Below the pieces are notes generated by a model, which saw only the letters and a list, made by a program, of their open reading frames with translations, had not been told where the DNA came from and ran no database searches. Source: Kudoa neothunni (taxonomy: Eukaryota; Animalia; Cnidaria). From it: 64,000 nucleotides of DNA. The position numbers and the translations under genes were made by a program. The DNA lies in assembly GCA_964304625.1 (NCBI GenBank), contig OZ199838.1:6053944-6117943 (forward strand), in the 5' to 3' direction. Of the stretch, positions 52,829 to 64,000 are shown in pieces (position 1 is the stretch's first letter; each line of letters begins with the position of its first letter).

Positions 52829-55312
52829 ATGGTTGGCTCAGATGGAAACGACCCCCCGGAAAATAATAATATCAATCCATCTAATTGTGTCTTTGATGAA
52901 GGTAAGTTGAAAAATGCTAAAGAAACAATCGATAATGTACGTTTTCTTGAATATAAAATAAAATTTCATCCAGCTGACTAGGTAACTGAATCAGTTGAGC
53001 ACTCTAATCAAAAAACCCACGAATCACAACCCATAGATGATTCAACTTCTGATGCCGTACCCAAACCTGTAATATTTAAATAGTCATTTTAAATTTAATA
53101 TTTATGAAAGAATATTTCGTCGCTAATCCATATTTATGAACGCCCGACTTCAATGTATGAATTTGAGGATTCTACAAAAATTCAAAAGTTAGAGCAGGAT
53201 CAAGAAAAAACAGTAAAACTTAAAAATCATCTATATCTACTGATACACAATGGACTATTTTTGTTGGACTACTATCCAAAATTTCAAAAAAAAGATAAAT
53301 TTATTTCTTCAAGTATGTTTACCACTCTAGATGATTGTTGATCATTAATGTTTTATAAAAAAATGTAGAAGATCAGAGTGATATAGAAAACTGGGATCTG
53401 TTGGATAAAACAGACAAAAACGCTCCCAATACATTGACTAATGTTGACGAAGATTTTTTGAGAATTTTAAACGTTTGCCAACCCTCAGACACTATTCGTA
53501 TTATTGTAAAATGCGAACGAGACGATTTCCAACCTGACGAAAATAATTATATTTGTATTATTGACAACAAACAATTGGGCGAGAGTGTACTTCTAGGCAT
53601 TACCATAGATTCCAAGTAGAATTCATTAGTTGATCAATTAGTTTAAATTCATATTTTGAAATTAGGGGAAAACCTCAAATCGGAATGGTTATCGATTACA
53701 GTGATATAGAAATGGTAGAAATTGTTGGTGATGGGTAAGAATATAAAACTAAAACTCCTTGCTCCTGAATTTTGATTAACCACATTTTATTGATATTATT
53801 CTATTTGTAGCTGTATCCACTTGAATTTGAAATTCGAACATTCAAAGTCCATTAAAATTAGTCCAATACAAAATTTTTGGAGAACTCTTCAGTTCCTGCC
53901 TACGTGTTCCAATCAAAACACCTATTTTACGCCAGATATATCAGAACAAAAGTTAAGAAAGTCTAAATCATATATTGGATTGATTTCTAACGAATTTGAC
54001 CTGCTAAACACTGCCTCACTGGTAAATCGTTACAAATCTATGCAGACCCAAACAAATCGTATAACGTTTTTGTGGCATAATAATGATTATCATACATCCG
54101 ACTTATTTCGAGATACTCTTATGGAGAAGTAACCATTTCTAACAGTAATGTAAAGGTATTTATTTTATTCTTATACTAGTGACGACAACCGAAAAAGCAA
54201 CCAAAAACAACTTAGGAATCTTTTACTTGATGTAAACTCTTGCTTATACTCATGAAGAACCGGAGATATAGCCGTGCCGGTTTTAAGTATTAATACGATG
54301 ACTTTAAGTCCAATACACTTAAGGAGAAAGTCAACACATGCCGTTTCAGTTCTATTTTAATACAATCGAAAAATCAGCTAGAATTAACTTCTGTTTGAAT
54401 TAGATTATGACTGTTCCAAATGCTGGCGATTTAACACTTAACACCATTCATGAACAACTCTCTACACGATTTGATAAAGATCTTCGACCATATAAATGTT
54501 TTATCGCTAATGAAACCATCAGAATCTATGGTAAAATGGAGATGGCCAATGAAATTCTCCCACATCTCTATTTAGTAATGCCCACATTAGAGATACTTGT
54601 GATTGGTTTACAAATGAAATATAGGGATCTGATTTTAATGCTTCTGATATCAACTTTTTAAAATCCCACAAGTATTTGATCAATGTTGCTTTCGACTGGA
54701 GTTTATCGACTCTATTATTACTAGTATAACCCATGTACTGAATGTTACCAAAGAAGTGAACAATTTTTATATAGGAACCTTAACTTACTTCAATGTTAGG
54801 TAAGAAACTAATATTTATATTTTTAAAGAATAATTTACTTTATGTAGTATATATGATCGACCGGAATCTGACATACTTCGTTTTTCAATGAATGTTATCG
54901 ATTCATAGAGAGCGCAAGGTGATCTTCTATTTACGAATAGAATTAATGGATTCTACCAATAAACTCCAAAAAACATTTTTTCTATCTTATCTGATAAATG
55001 TAGGGAACGCGGATCTAATATTCTTGTTCATTGTCATATGGGAATAAGCAGGTCGGCCTCAGTTGTTATTGCCTACCTTATAAAAAAATTCAAGTACACT
55101 TTTGAAGAATCCTACTCCTATGTTAAACAGCGACGTTCATTAATTCGACCAAATATCGGTTTTATAAAACAACTAAAAATCTATGAGGGAATGGTCCATA
55201 ACAAGTAATCATTAATTTGATATGCCATCACAAATTTCGATATCTTTGTAGACGAGAGAATTTCGAATCCCCTATTTCCGTTGATGACAATCAGACGGTT
55301 TCGCAATCGTAA
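52829..55312 (+). CDS. SSH: Slingshot-family dual-specificity (cofilin) phosphatase, about 13 exons
   Basis: SSH-N domain (QPSDTIRIIVKCE, ESVLLG, IGMVI, VGDG, PIQNFWRTLQ), DEK-C-like region (DLRPYKCFIANE), DUSP domain (ILPHLYL|GSDFNAS, VLNVTKEVNNF, IYD, LVHCHMGISRSASVVIAY, RPNIGFIKQL). Ends at TAA 55206-55208 if unspliced, or 55310-55312 via one more short intron. Confidence 0.9.
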
Positions 55313-56050
55313 TAAATATACCAATGTGCTGATGGAAAAAATATGATTTTTTCTCTATGAATAAAATTTTTTGTTGTATAGTTGATTGTTCTGATCTTTG
55401 TATTTATTTGTTATGATTACATTGTCCAATCCATACAGCCTTATTCGGAGGATAACTAAAATATGTCATCCTTCAGAGCTCCAATAGTTAAATTCTTAGA
55501 TTAATCGTTAGGAATTATACAATACCCTGCTTTTACATAATCCAAATCAAAAAATATATCTGTGCATTAGAAAATTATTCAAAAATTCGATATTTTATTA
55601 AATATAACTTAAGAAATACTAATTTAAAGTAAAAATTTTATTAAACATTTATATGGTTGTGACAAAAGTTCGATTTAAATATTCAGTAAAATGATATTCT
55701 TGTAGTTGAAATAAATTAGAATAAAAATCGGAGTATAAATAAAATAATTTTTTATTTCATAGTTCAATTTAAATGAGCAATTAATTTCGATACATACAGA
55801 AATAGTTAACGAAAGTAAATCGTAACTAAAATAGAGGTATATAACGCCAATTTTTCACGTTAGCACATTGTAAACGTTCTACAAAGTAAATACTGTGGTT
55901 ATCATTTTTACCTCGATAATTTCGGAGTAGCAGGGAAATTTACGATATAAGTTCAATTTCAGAGCCAATTCATTTATCTGAAAATCTGTGCTCTGATCAA
56001 ATTTGAGATTATGAATTAATATTTTAATTAGGTTAAATTGAGATAATTAA

Positions 56051-57791
56051 TCTTCTGAGCGCTTCAAAATCGACAATACACTTGGTGCTTTTGGGTCTAT
56101 TAGACCCCACTCTTTTATTTAATATTATGAATTTAAATAATTTTTAAAACTTCACGATGCGAAAATAAAAAAATTCTATCGACTAAATCGCATAATATTG
56201 GCAAAAAATATGGTCGGTGAAGTTTTCCGATATTGTCCGAACAATGTTAAGACTATATATTCTTGTTAAATAAATTTTTACGAAATACTATTTAATATTA
56301 ACTTTCAAAAATATTTAAAACAGTTTGTTATAAATTATCTCATATATAATTAATTAGATTAAAACTTTACAGTGCGGCAAAATAGTTATCAACAAAATGG
56401 ACTGAAAAGGTCTCCAACGCTAAACTTAAACGTATATATCAATTCAAAAGTTAAAATTTGTTTTCTGTGACCTTCCCTATTATTATCTGTGCGTTTAAGG
56501 GAACGGTAGTATCATTATGTATATCAGACCTACAATAAAATCGATGATCTGCCTCTAATTAACAATTTATTATGTACGTCAAAACAGAAATCTCATCCCA
56601 CAAAAATATGAAGATTATAATGTAATTCAGACATTTATTTTCGTCCAGTGACCTGTTAAAACAAGCACATTTGGAATGTTCTTCGCAGTAATGTTTCTTA
56701 CATACAACACATTGTTTACGAGATTTTTTGGAACAATATTGGTGCTATTTAGATTTCCTGTTATTGATTTAGTAACAAACTTAGCCCTAAAGAACTACTG
56801 ATGGAACAGAATATGCTAGCGAGACTTTCTAAAAATAAGGCTCTTTTGATTCTTCCTTCATGGAATATGGTTTTGTATAAGCAAAACGTTTTTAAGAGAT
56901 TTATGTCGATATTATAAAAAATAACTCCTAGCCTGCGTATGTAATATTTTTGTAAGTTGATGGAAATGAATATATGATCAATCGTATCAATAGCTCATCT
57001 AATTTTGTTATAATAATTGATGCTACCTGGCTTCTTTTTCCAGCATTCAGTATATTTGTATAACCTGTTGAATTAGCTAAAATTAACGAATCCTTATTAT
57101 TTTATTGATTTAAGAGGACAGAATTTTCTTTTCATTAAACAGAAAGAATGTGCTAAATGACTCCCTTGTTTTAATTTTTTTAATTGTACGCGAAACATTC
57201 CCTCCTATTAACTCTAAGTATTATAATCATGGTAAGAACCATTTACAATAGCTGAAAGCTCTTTGCAGAAATGATTATAATAAAGTCAAACATATTGGCA
57301 TTACATGCAACACTTATGTAAAAATTGCCATCCAAAAATATGTCAAAAATCCGTTATATGAAAGATTCTCTAAGCTACATTATTCGTAAAACCAGAGGCC
57401 TTACTTAAAAGTTTTCTTTTAGTATTTTGGAGGTTTAAAGCTTCTGCAACCCAGATAAGGTTATTGTCATCATATTCAAATGAATAATCGGCGGAATATA
57501 TTTCATCGATAGATTTTGCCAACATTCTCAATTCCATTTTATTATAATTGTATACATAAAATGATAAGATAAAATTGTGGGACCTATCAGACCCCAACAG
57601 CACCAAGTGTATAATTTTTGTTTTATTTTTCATTCATTAATAATAATTCGAAACTTATTGGGCAGGCATATAGTGTAAGAAATTTTATAAGAATTGACAG
57701 AATTTTAGAAAATTGAGATAATTAGAAGGAGGCAAAAACCATTCTTTAGTCTGGCTTGGGGTCTAATAGACTTCAAAAGCACTCGGAAAGG
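56051..57791 (-). mobile_element. piggyBac relic
   Basis: TTAA at the left; inverted GTGCTTTTG..GTCTATTAGACCCC at both ends; fragments KKKPGSINYYNKIR*AIDTID and CSKKSRKQCVVCKKHYCEEH. Confidence 0.85.
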
Positions 57792-58561
57792 TAAATATCA
57801 TCTAAGCCAAAAATTAGAGAGAGATTTTTGAATGGGGTTAAAGATTATCAGAAGATTCATTTACAATATTCTTATAATGAACAATTTAATATTATATATA
57901 TGTATAATTAGTCATTAAAAAATTAATATTCCATGCTAACTCACATAATGTTATATTTATACAACCCTTAATATCTCCCCAATTCTTTCATAATTTTATA
58001 TTTGGCATTTACTCGTTGTTATTCAATCATAAAAAATCCCTATATCAAATACTATTAAGTATAAATAAGTATACTGTAAAAAGATTATAAAATTTAATGA
58101 ATTAACTTAATAGAGAGATATAATTATAGGTAAAATATCGATTCCGAAAAATCATTTTCGAACTTTTATTTATATTAATTTATCGACAATAAAACGAAAA
58201 TATAATAAATGAATAAAAATTGATTATATTTTATTTTCATGTAATTTGTAATCTGGAATCGATTGCCCCTCAATTGAACTCTACATTGTTATGTCAATAT
58301 TATATGGGGATTCTCGATCAAACCCGACAGTATGGAGTTATTCATCAAACATCTGATTGTGTCATTTATATTTTCGTTTAAATTTTTGTTGATCATTTAA
58401 ATAATAACTATTTAACTCATTTCGGTCTATATATACTTGAACACCTAATGGTGCGGGGAGGGGGGAGAATAAATGCGCATGTTTCTTTTCTACCTTCATA
58501 TTTCTATTTTTCAAATAAATTAATAAGTTTATACGAGTCTTAAAATCAGGAATTATATTAA

Positions 58562-60995
58562 CCCTCGAATACCCGAGAAAAAAAGTTACACGAATACCTG
58601 AACAGGGCCACAGTGGTCCCGTGCTATTCTCTTCCAATATAGTTAGAATCATAAAATCTAAGCCATAGATCTAAAATCATCAACATTAATCCTATTGTGA
58701 GGCAATATATTTTTAAAAAAATTAATATTAATCTATTTTTTGGAACTATTAGTTAATGCGCGCGCCATCGATTGCGAAATACTATGGGTAAATTCAAATG
58801 AAAAGCAATGAAAATTATTATGATATAAATTAAAAATATACCTTGAATGATAATTAAAAAGTTTATTTAAAAAAACTAAAATATTCTACATTCTCATTGA
58901 TTATTATTCTATACACGTAATAAGATTCTTGTAATGATAAAAATTTTCTGTCAGAAATGGATTGTTAATTACCTTGAAATACTTATATTTAAAAAAAACT
59001 TTATAAGTATTTATAAATTCCACTTTGAAACCTTTTAATTACACTCACAATCAAAGTAACTGAAAATAACTTAAACTGTCCTTTTTACCAAATTATCCCT
59101 TCAAACTTAAATTTACATTAATAAAAATCATTGTATTTATATAATTTTAAATATTTTAAGATGTTTTTAAATATAGAAAAATAAAAATCTAAACATCCAA
59201 TAAAAGAAGAAAAAAATTTCAATTATATAATGAATATGTCTTAGTTGTAATGACATGTATCACATTCTACAATATTAGTTCTGTGGCTTTCGCAAACATA
59301 CTGTTGGAATTTTGTCCAAGATATTCTACTTTTTTCTCTGAATCCACAGAACAAATGCAACACAAACCACTTCCGGAAAAATATTCCGTTTTTTAGTCTG
59401 GATCGATTTGGCAGTATCGTCATCTCCAAGTAACTCTTCAGCAAGCATTTTCAAGAATTTTCTCCTTGATTGCTTTTTATTAGCTTGGTGGAAATGAGGA
59501 TTTCCATTAATATACAAAAGATAAGCATTATAAGTAGCTATATCAATTTACCAAAAAAAAATTGCCATCGACCAACGACGAGTAACTCGCTTGGTGGAAT
59601 AGCAACGGATAATACGGTCTAGAGTATCTACGCCCCTGTGGTTGAATTGTAATACACTATAATTTCTAAATTTTTGATATCCTTTTTATCTCAAAGTTTC
59701 GATGTTGAGAGCTTAAAAGAACTATCGATTTGTTTTTCTTCCGGTTGAACTTCACCAGAGTATATTTGTCCTGAAAAGAAATTTGATTTCATTTTTTGTA
59801 CCTTTTGGTGGCTGGAATTCGGCAACAAGGAATTTTTAATTTTTTCTTACTGTTTCAACAATAGTAGTCGTATCTGAAATAAGGTACCTTGCAAGCGATA
59901 ACGTAGTAAAAAAATTATCCGTAGTTATATTTCGAACTTTGTTTAAGCAAGGTTGCATTAGATCTTTCGCTACATTTTCGCCTCGGTTATTTTCAACCAC
60001 TCCATTTTCCCTGATAATGTAAATTTTTGCATTGCAAAGATACACTTTTGTTGCATCACAACGAACAGATTTTGATTTCATACTCAGCAGGCTTTGAAGG
60101 AATAAATTCTTTGAAAAGGACATCGTCGTCTAAATGGTACAAACGGCTCATCAACAGTAAACTGAGAGGATAGGTTGTAACTTCCTCGCGTGTCTTTATG
60201 AAGCTGTCAAAAATATGTCTAATTGGAGCTAATTTGGCATTACGATTTCAACTACATCTAGTGTCAAATCTAATAACAGCAGTAATTTCTTCGAAGCGAT
60301 TTTTGGATATCACTTTTATTATGAATGATAGACCATATTTTCTTGTGTTGCTCTCCTTTCAGTTTTTGTTGGAGTTCTGTACCACTTTTCTCCGTCTTTG
60401 ACACGACACAAGAGATTTCCGAGGAATCTTCAATACCTTCTTCGCTGTCATTTATATCACAATCATCTTTATTATTGAACGTTTCATTTATGGTTTCATC
60501 TAGATCTTCTGATTCTATTACTTTAAATAATAAGCCATCATCAGTTTCATCTTCAGCATCAAAAAAATTAATTTCCCTATCAGAACTCACTTTGGACGTT
60601 TTCTAGCACAATGATCGCGCACCATAAATTACATTTATACGCTTTAATGTTCTTAATTTAAATTTAAATTCGTTATAAAATACTCATTTATATACAGAAT
60701 TGGTTATAAAACGTCATTTATAAAATTAGATAATTTTATTAACGTTTCAAAGGTTGATTAGATCATTAGTTTCAGGTGAGCCACTGTGGTATTATTCGGG
60801 TATTCAAGTAACTTTTTTTGTTTTTCTATTTATGCACAAACTTACCAAGTCTAAAAATCTAATATTTTAACATTTTATTTAATAAGCTTACACAACGAAA
60901 TATACTTAATTGTAAATTAATAACTTATTATCCAACAAAGATATTAAAGGATTTTTCTCTAGTGGACCACATGGTCCACTCCAAGTGTTCGAGGG
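58562..60995 (-). mobile_element. Near full-length piggyBac transposon with frameshifted transposase
   Basis: TTAA|CCCTCGAA ... TTCGAGGG|TTAA; subterminal inverted repeat AAAAAAGTTAC..GAATACC.GAA; motifs TVDEPFVPFRRRCPF, RNITTDNFFTT, GVDTLD, RVTRRWS and C-terminal CESH/CDTC. Confidence 0.95.
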
Positions 60996-61518
60996 TTAAA
61001 GCATACAACTATCGATTAAATTAAATATAATTCATTTGTTATATGAAACTTATATCTCTAAAGTTTATTTAATTATTTTGGAAAATTTTAAAAAATTATT
61101 ATTTATGGATTTAGTGAATCAATATTTATCGGAAAATACGTCATAATTAACGTTAAAAGAATAAAAATGTTATCTAATTATCTTAACGCCGTTCAAAAAT
61201 TATTTGAGTTTGATTACAAGTGTCGAATTTGATCAGAAATAGTCGAGTTAGATCGAGAAAAATTATAAATAGCCGAAGTTATTTTAATAAATTATTTTCA
61301 TTGAATCTAATCTTCAACCATTTGATGTGGACTTCAAAAAATTTTCTGGGATTAATTTCCGTAAAATATTGACCTCTATTATAGAATTTAATTTATATTG
61401 AGGATATATTCTGGTTGACATATTTAGTAATGCTGTTGGAATCAAGGTTGAATGAAATTTACTCCCTAGTAGGATACAGGAATGCACATAAGAGTAAATA
61501 TTTAGTTTTTTGGTGATA

Positions 61519-62713
61519 CAGTAGGTGACGGGTCGTGGGCACTAAAATGGGAATTGGGTTCGAGGTGCCCACGACCCGTCAAGTGCCCTCGAGCCGTCAT
61601 GACGCATGCGAACAAAGCAAAATTATTATTATGGGCTCTTGCAATTTAGCTCCTCTTATTTATCACTACGTTTGTATTTATATTCAAAAGTATATTAATA
61701 AAATAAAATTTTCTTATAGCAATCATGTAAAGATTAAATGCGATTAATCTAGTCGATCCTTGACTTTAATTTGTAGAAACAAACCGTTTAGACGACGTGA
61801 TGATAATACCAATGATTTCTGTCAACAAAAATTTAAAAAAATAATAAATGCAATTCACACACCAAATTTTATTACAATAAAAATTATTTTTTATTTTAAT
61901 CATAAAGGTTAGGTCGATTTTAAATATAAACACGTAGAAAACTTTCTTAATGAATCATTATATCTTAAGGAAGTGTTGCGTAACAAATGAATTATTTTCT
62001 GTACTCAAGAGAAGTAGGAGTAAGAGTTAATAATCAAGATAAATTTAATATATATTGATATGCATAATTTCATAAAATTAATTGATATACTCAGTAAATA
62101 TAACTAAAAGTTTTTAATATTTTACTGGTAAAGCTCTGACATTCTTGAATCGTAACTCGTCGTTTCTAGATCTATGACCGTAGATAACACTTGATAATTT
62201 CGTTTTCTGAATAATTTGTACAGTTTTCTCAAATAAATTAGAGCATCATACGTAGAAATAGTGAATTTTTTAAATTTTTTGTGGTTATTTGAAATTTTCA
62301 TTCCATTATGAGACTTCATAATGGATTTTTATTACCCAAAATCCTATTTAAAGAGGATAGATGTTTTAAGATAAAATAACTGAGAATTTTAGTTTATCTG
62401 CTTTCCCATTCGATATTCGTTCATAATATGACATTATATCCACTTTATCTTTAAAAGAACGTAACTCTTGGTTCTCTTCAAGTGCCCACAACCCGTCATT
62501 TGGGTAACTTTATTCTTAACCTTAGTGCCCACGAGCCGTAAATTTGAGCTAATTCTTATATACGACGAATTAAAACAAAAACTAAGGTTTTAATGATTTA
62601 TTGTAATTGTTATGCTTTTATTCGATTCATTTTAATTAGTCGCAGTATTGTGTAAGTCATTAAATCATGGCAGGTGCCCACGAGTGGTAGTGCGCACGAG
62701 CCGTCACCTACTG
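61519..62713. mobile_element. 1.2-kb non-autonomous TA-flanked DNA transposon with repeated subterminal motifs
   Basis: TA|CAGTAGGTGACGGGTCGTGGGCACTA ... TAGTGCGCACGAGCCGTCACCTACTG|TA; GTGCCCACGA(G/C)CCGTCA-like motif at about 61565, 61583, 62482, 62526, 62674 and 62690. Confidence 0.9.
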
Positions 62714-62910
62714 TATATAACAGGCATTTTCTATATATTCCAAAGAAAAGGCCGTTTCGGTATTAAAATTGTATGAACTTAAATTCTATGCCAATAATCA
62801 GTAATGTGTAACCCCCACTAAAATAATTCCTTTTATTATGTAACACGAAATAAACGAACAAAATAATAATTGAGCAATTAAATTTAACATCAGACACTCG
62901 CATATTAACC

Positions 62911-62980
62911 CTCTACGGTCAGCGAAAACGACCAGCCTCCCTCCAAAGATTTTTGAGGTTCAAAAAGCCCCAGTTTTTTA
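62911..62980. mobile_element. Possible piggyBac terminus
   Basis: TTAA|CCCTCTACGGTCAGCG; no partner end seen in the window. Confidence 0.35.
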
Positions 62981-64000
62981 TTTGATGAATTAACTTAATA
63001 AATAGAGATATATCATTTTATCCATTTTAAAAAATTTGTGTCAAACAAATTTGAAAGAGAGAACCGAACATTTGTGTAACTAATCCGTTATGATTTCATC
63101 GGTACTGCGTCGAGGGGGGAGGGGGGTTGTAAGTAATCGATATATATAAATCATTGCTGAATAAGTTTAAATTTTTGAGAAATAAACCCTTCAAATGAAT
63201 CGACTTAATGATTAATATTTTACATTATTGATCAAGAGCATGTTGTTACTCTGTTCAAATAATGTCACGTAACCCCACGTGCCTGCACTGAAAATGAATG
63301 AAACTGATGGGTGCCTTTATGAATTTGAAGAAAACTACACGGAATTCTTTGAAACGTCCACTGAATCAGTGGATTATGGAAATACTGAAGACCCAATAAT
63401 CGGTAAAATTGGTATTATGTAGGGTAATGGTGCACAAATTTTGGGAGCCTCTTGCCAGATTTTAATCGTCGATAATTTCCATGAACCAGAAAGTTTAAAA
63501 ATAAAGCTATAGCTCACATTTTGGATAAATTTACGAACTTTTAAAGCAATATTCAAAATAATTCATAAATAATAAGTTTATTAAATATTTTAAATTGAAT
63601 AACGAATGTCATAACAAACAAATAATATTCGTCCCCTGTTGAATAAAACAACATGTTTCTGTGTAGGCTTCATTAAATTTTCTATTCTCGTCATCAACCT
63701 TTTTTCGACTTCAATCATTTTAATTTAGAAATATATTAAAAATAAGCTGAATTAAATATGAGATACACTTTGGGTGAGCAAAATGGTTGTGTACGCATAT
63801 GTGAAATGCAATTTAAATTTTCCTGTAGCACGTTCTCCCATCATCAGCTCTAACGGATGTTTATCGCATGTGTCAAAGTTTATTTTTCTTATAGATACTT
63901 CTCGAAAACTTTGTTTTTTATGCACATTATAAATACCTTATTATTTCGCATCGTTTATAAAACGTACTTTAATTATTAATTTTATTTTAACTGAACTTAA

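Noticed and set aside
61519-62713. CRISPR-like spaced repeats
   Set aside because: Irregular spacing, enclosed by TIRs with TA duplication, eukaryotic context, no cas genes.

Overview
AT-rich eukaryotic (animal) genomic DNA, not prokaryotic: genes are split by many very short GT-AG introns (mostly about 39-65 nt), so the ORF track shows only exon fragments. Manual splicing gives seven apparently intact genes: a 5'-truncated type I membrane protein built from Cys-bearing FN3-like domains (+), a cytosolic-type aspartate aminotransferase (-), an FG nucleoporin resembling Nup153/Nup1 (+), S-adenosylmethionine synthetase (+), an Otx homeobox gene (-), TBP (+) and Slingshot phosphatase (+). There is also a decayed SLC18B1-like MFS pseudogene. 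Intergenic space is filled with dead DNA transposons (several piggyBac families, hAT, Tigger/pogo, Merlin, a probable Helitron, TA-flanked MITEs), some nested. Tiny introns, divergent and shortened proteins and low GC suggest a compact, fast-evolving animal genome such as a myxozoan or orthonectid parasite; the taxon cannot be confirmed here. The best leads are the 4-Cys FN3-variant surface protein with microexons and two possible tails, near-consensus-free splice signals, a TBP lacking a conserved DNA-contacting Thr, a GOT1-type enzyme with a mitochondrial-like presequence, and a K50-site cluster plus a long hairpin upstream of Otx. All exon models and family calls are manual and from memory; no database search was run.
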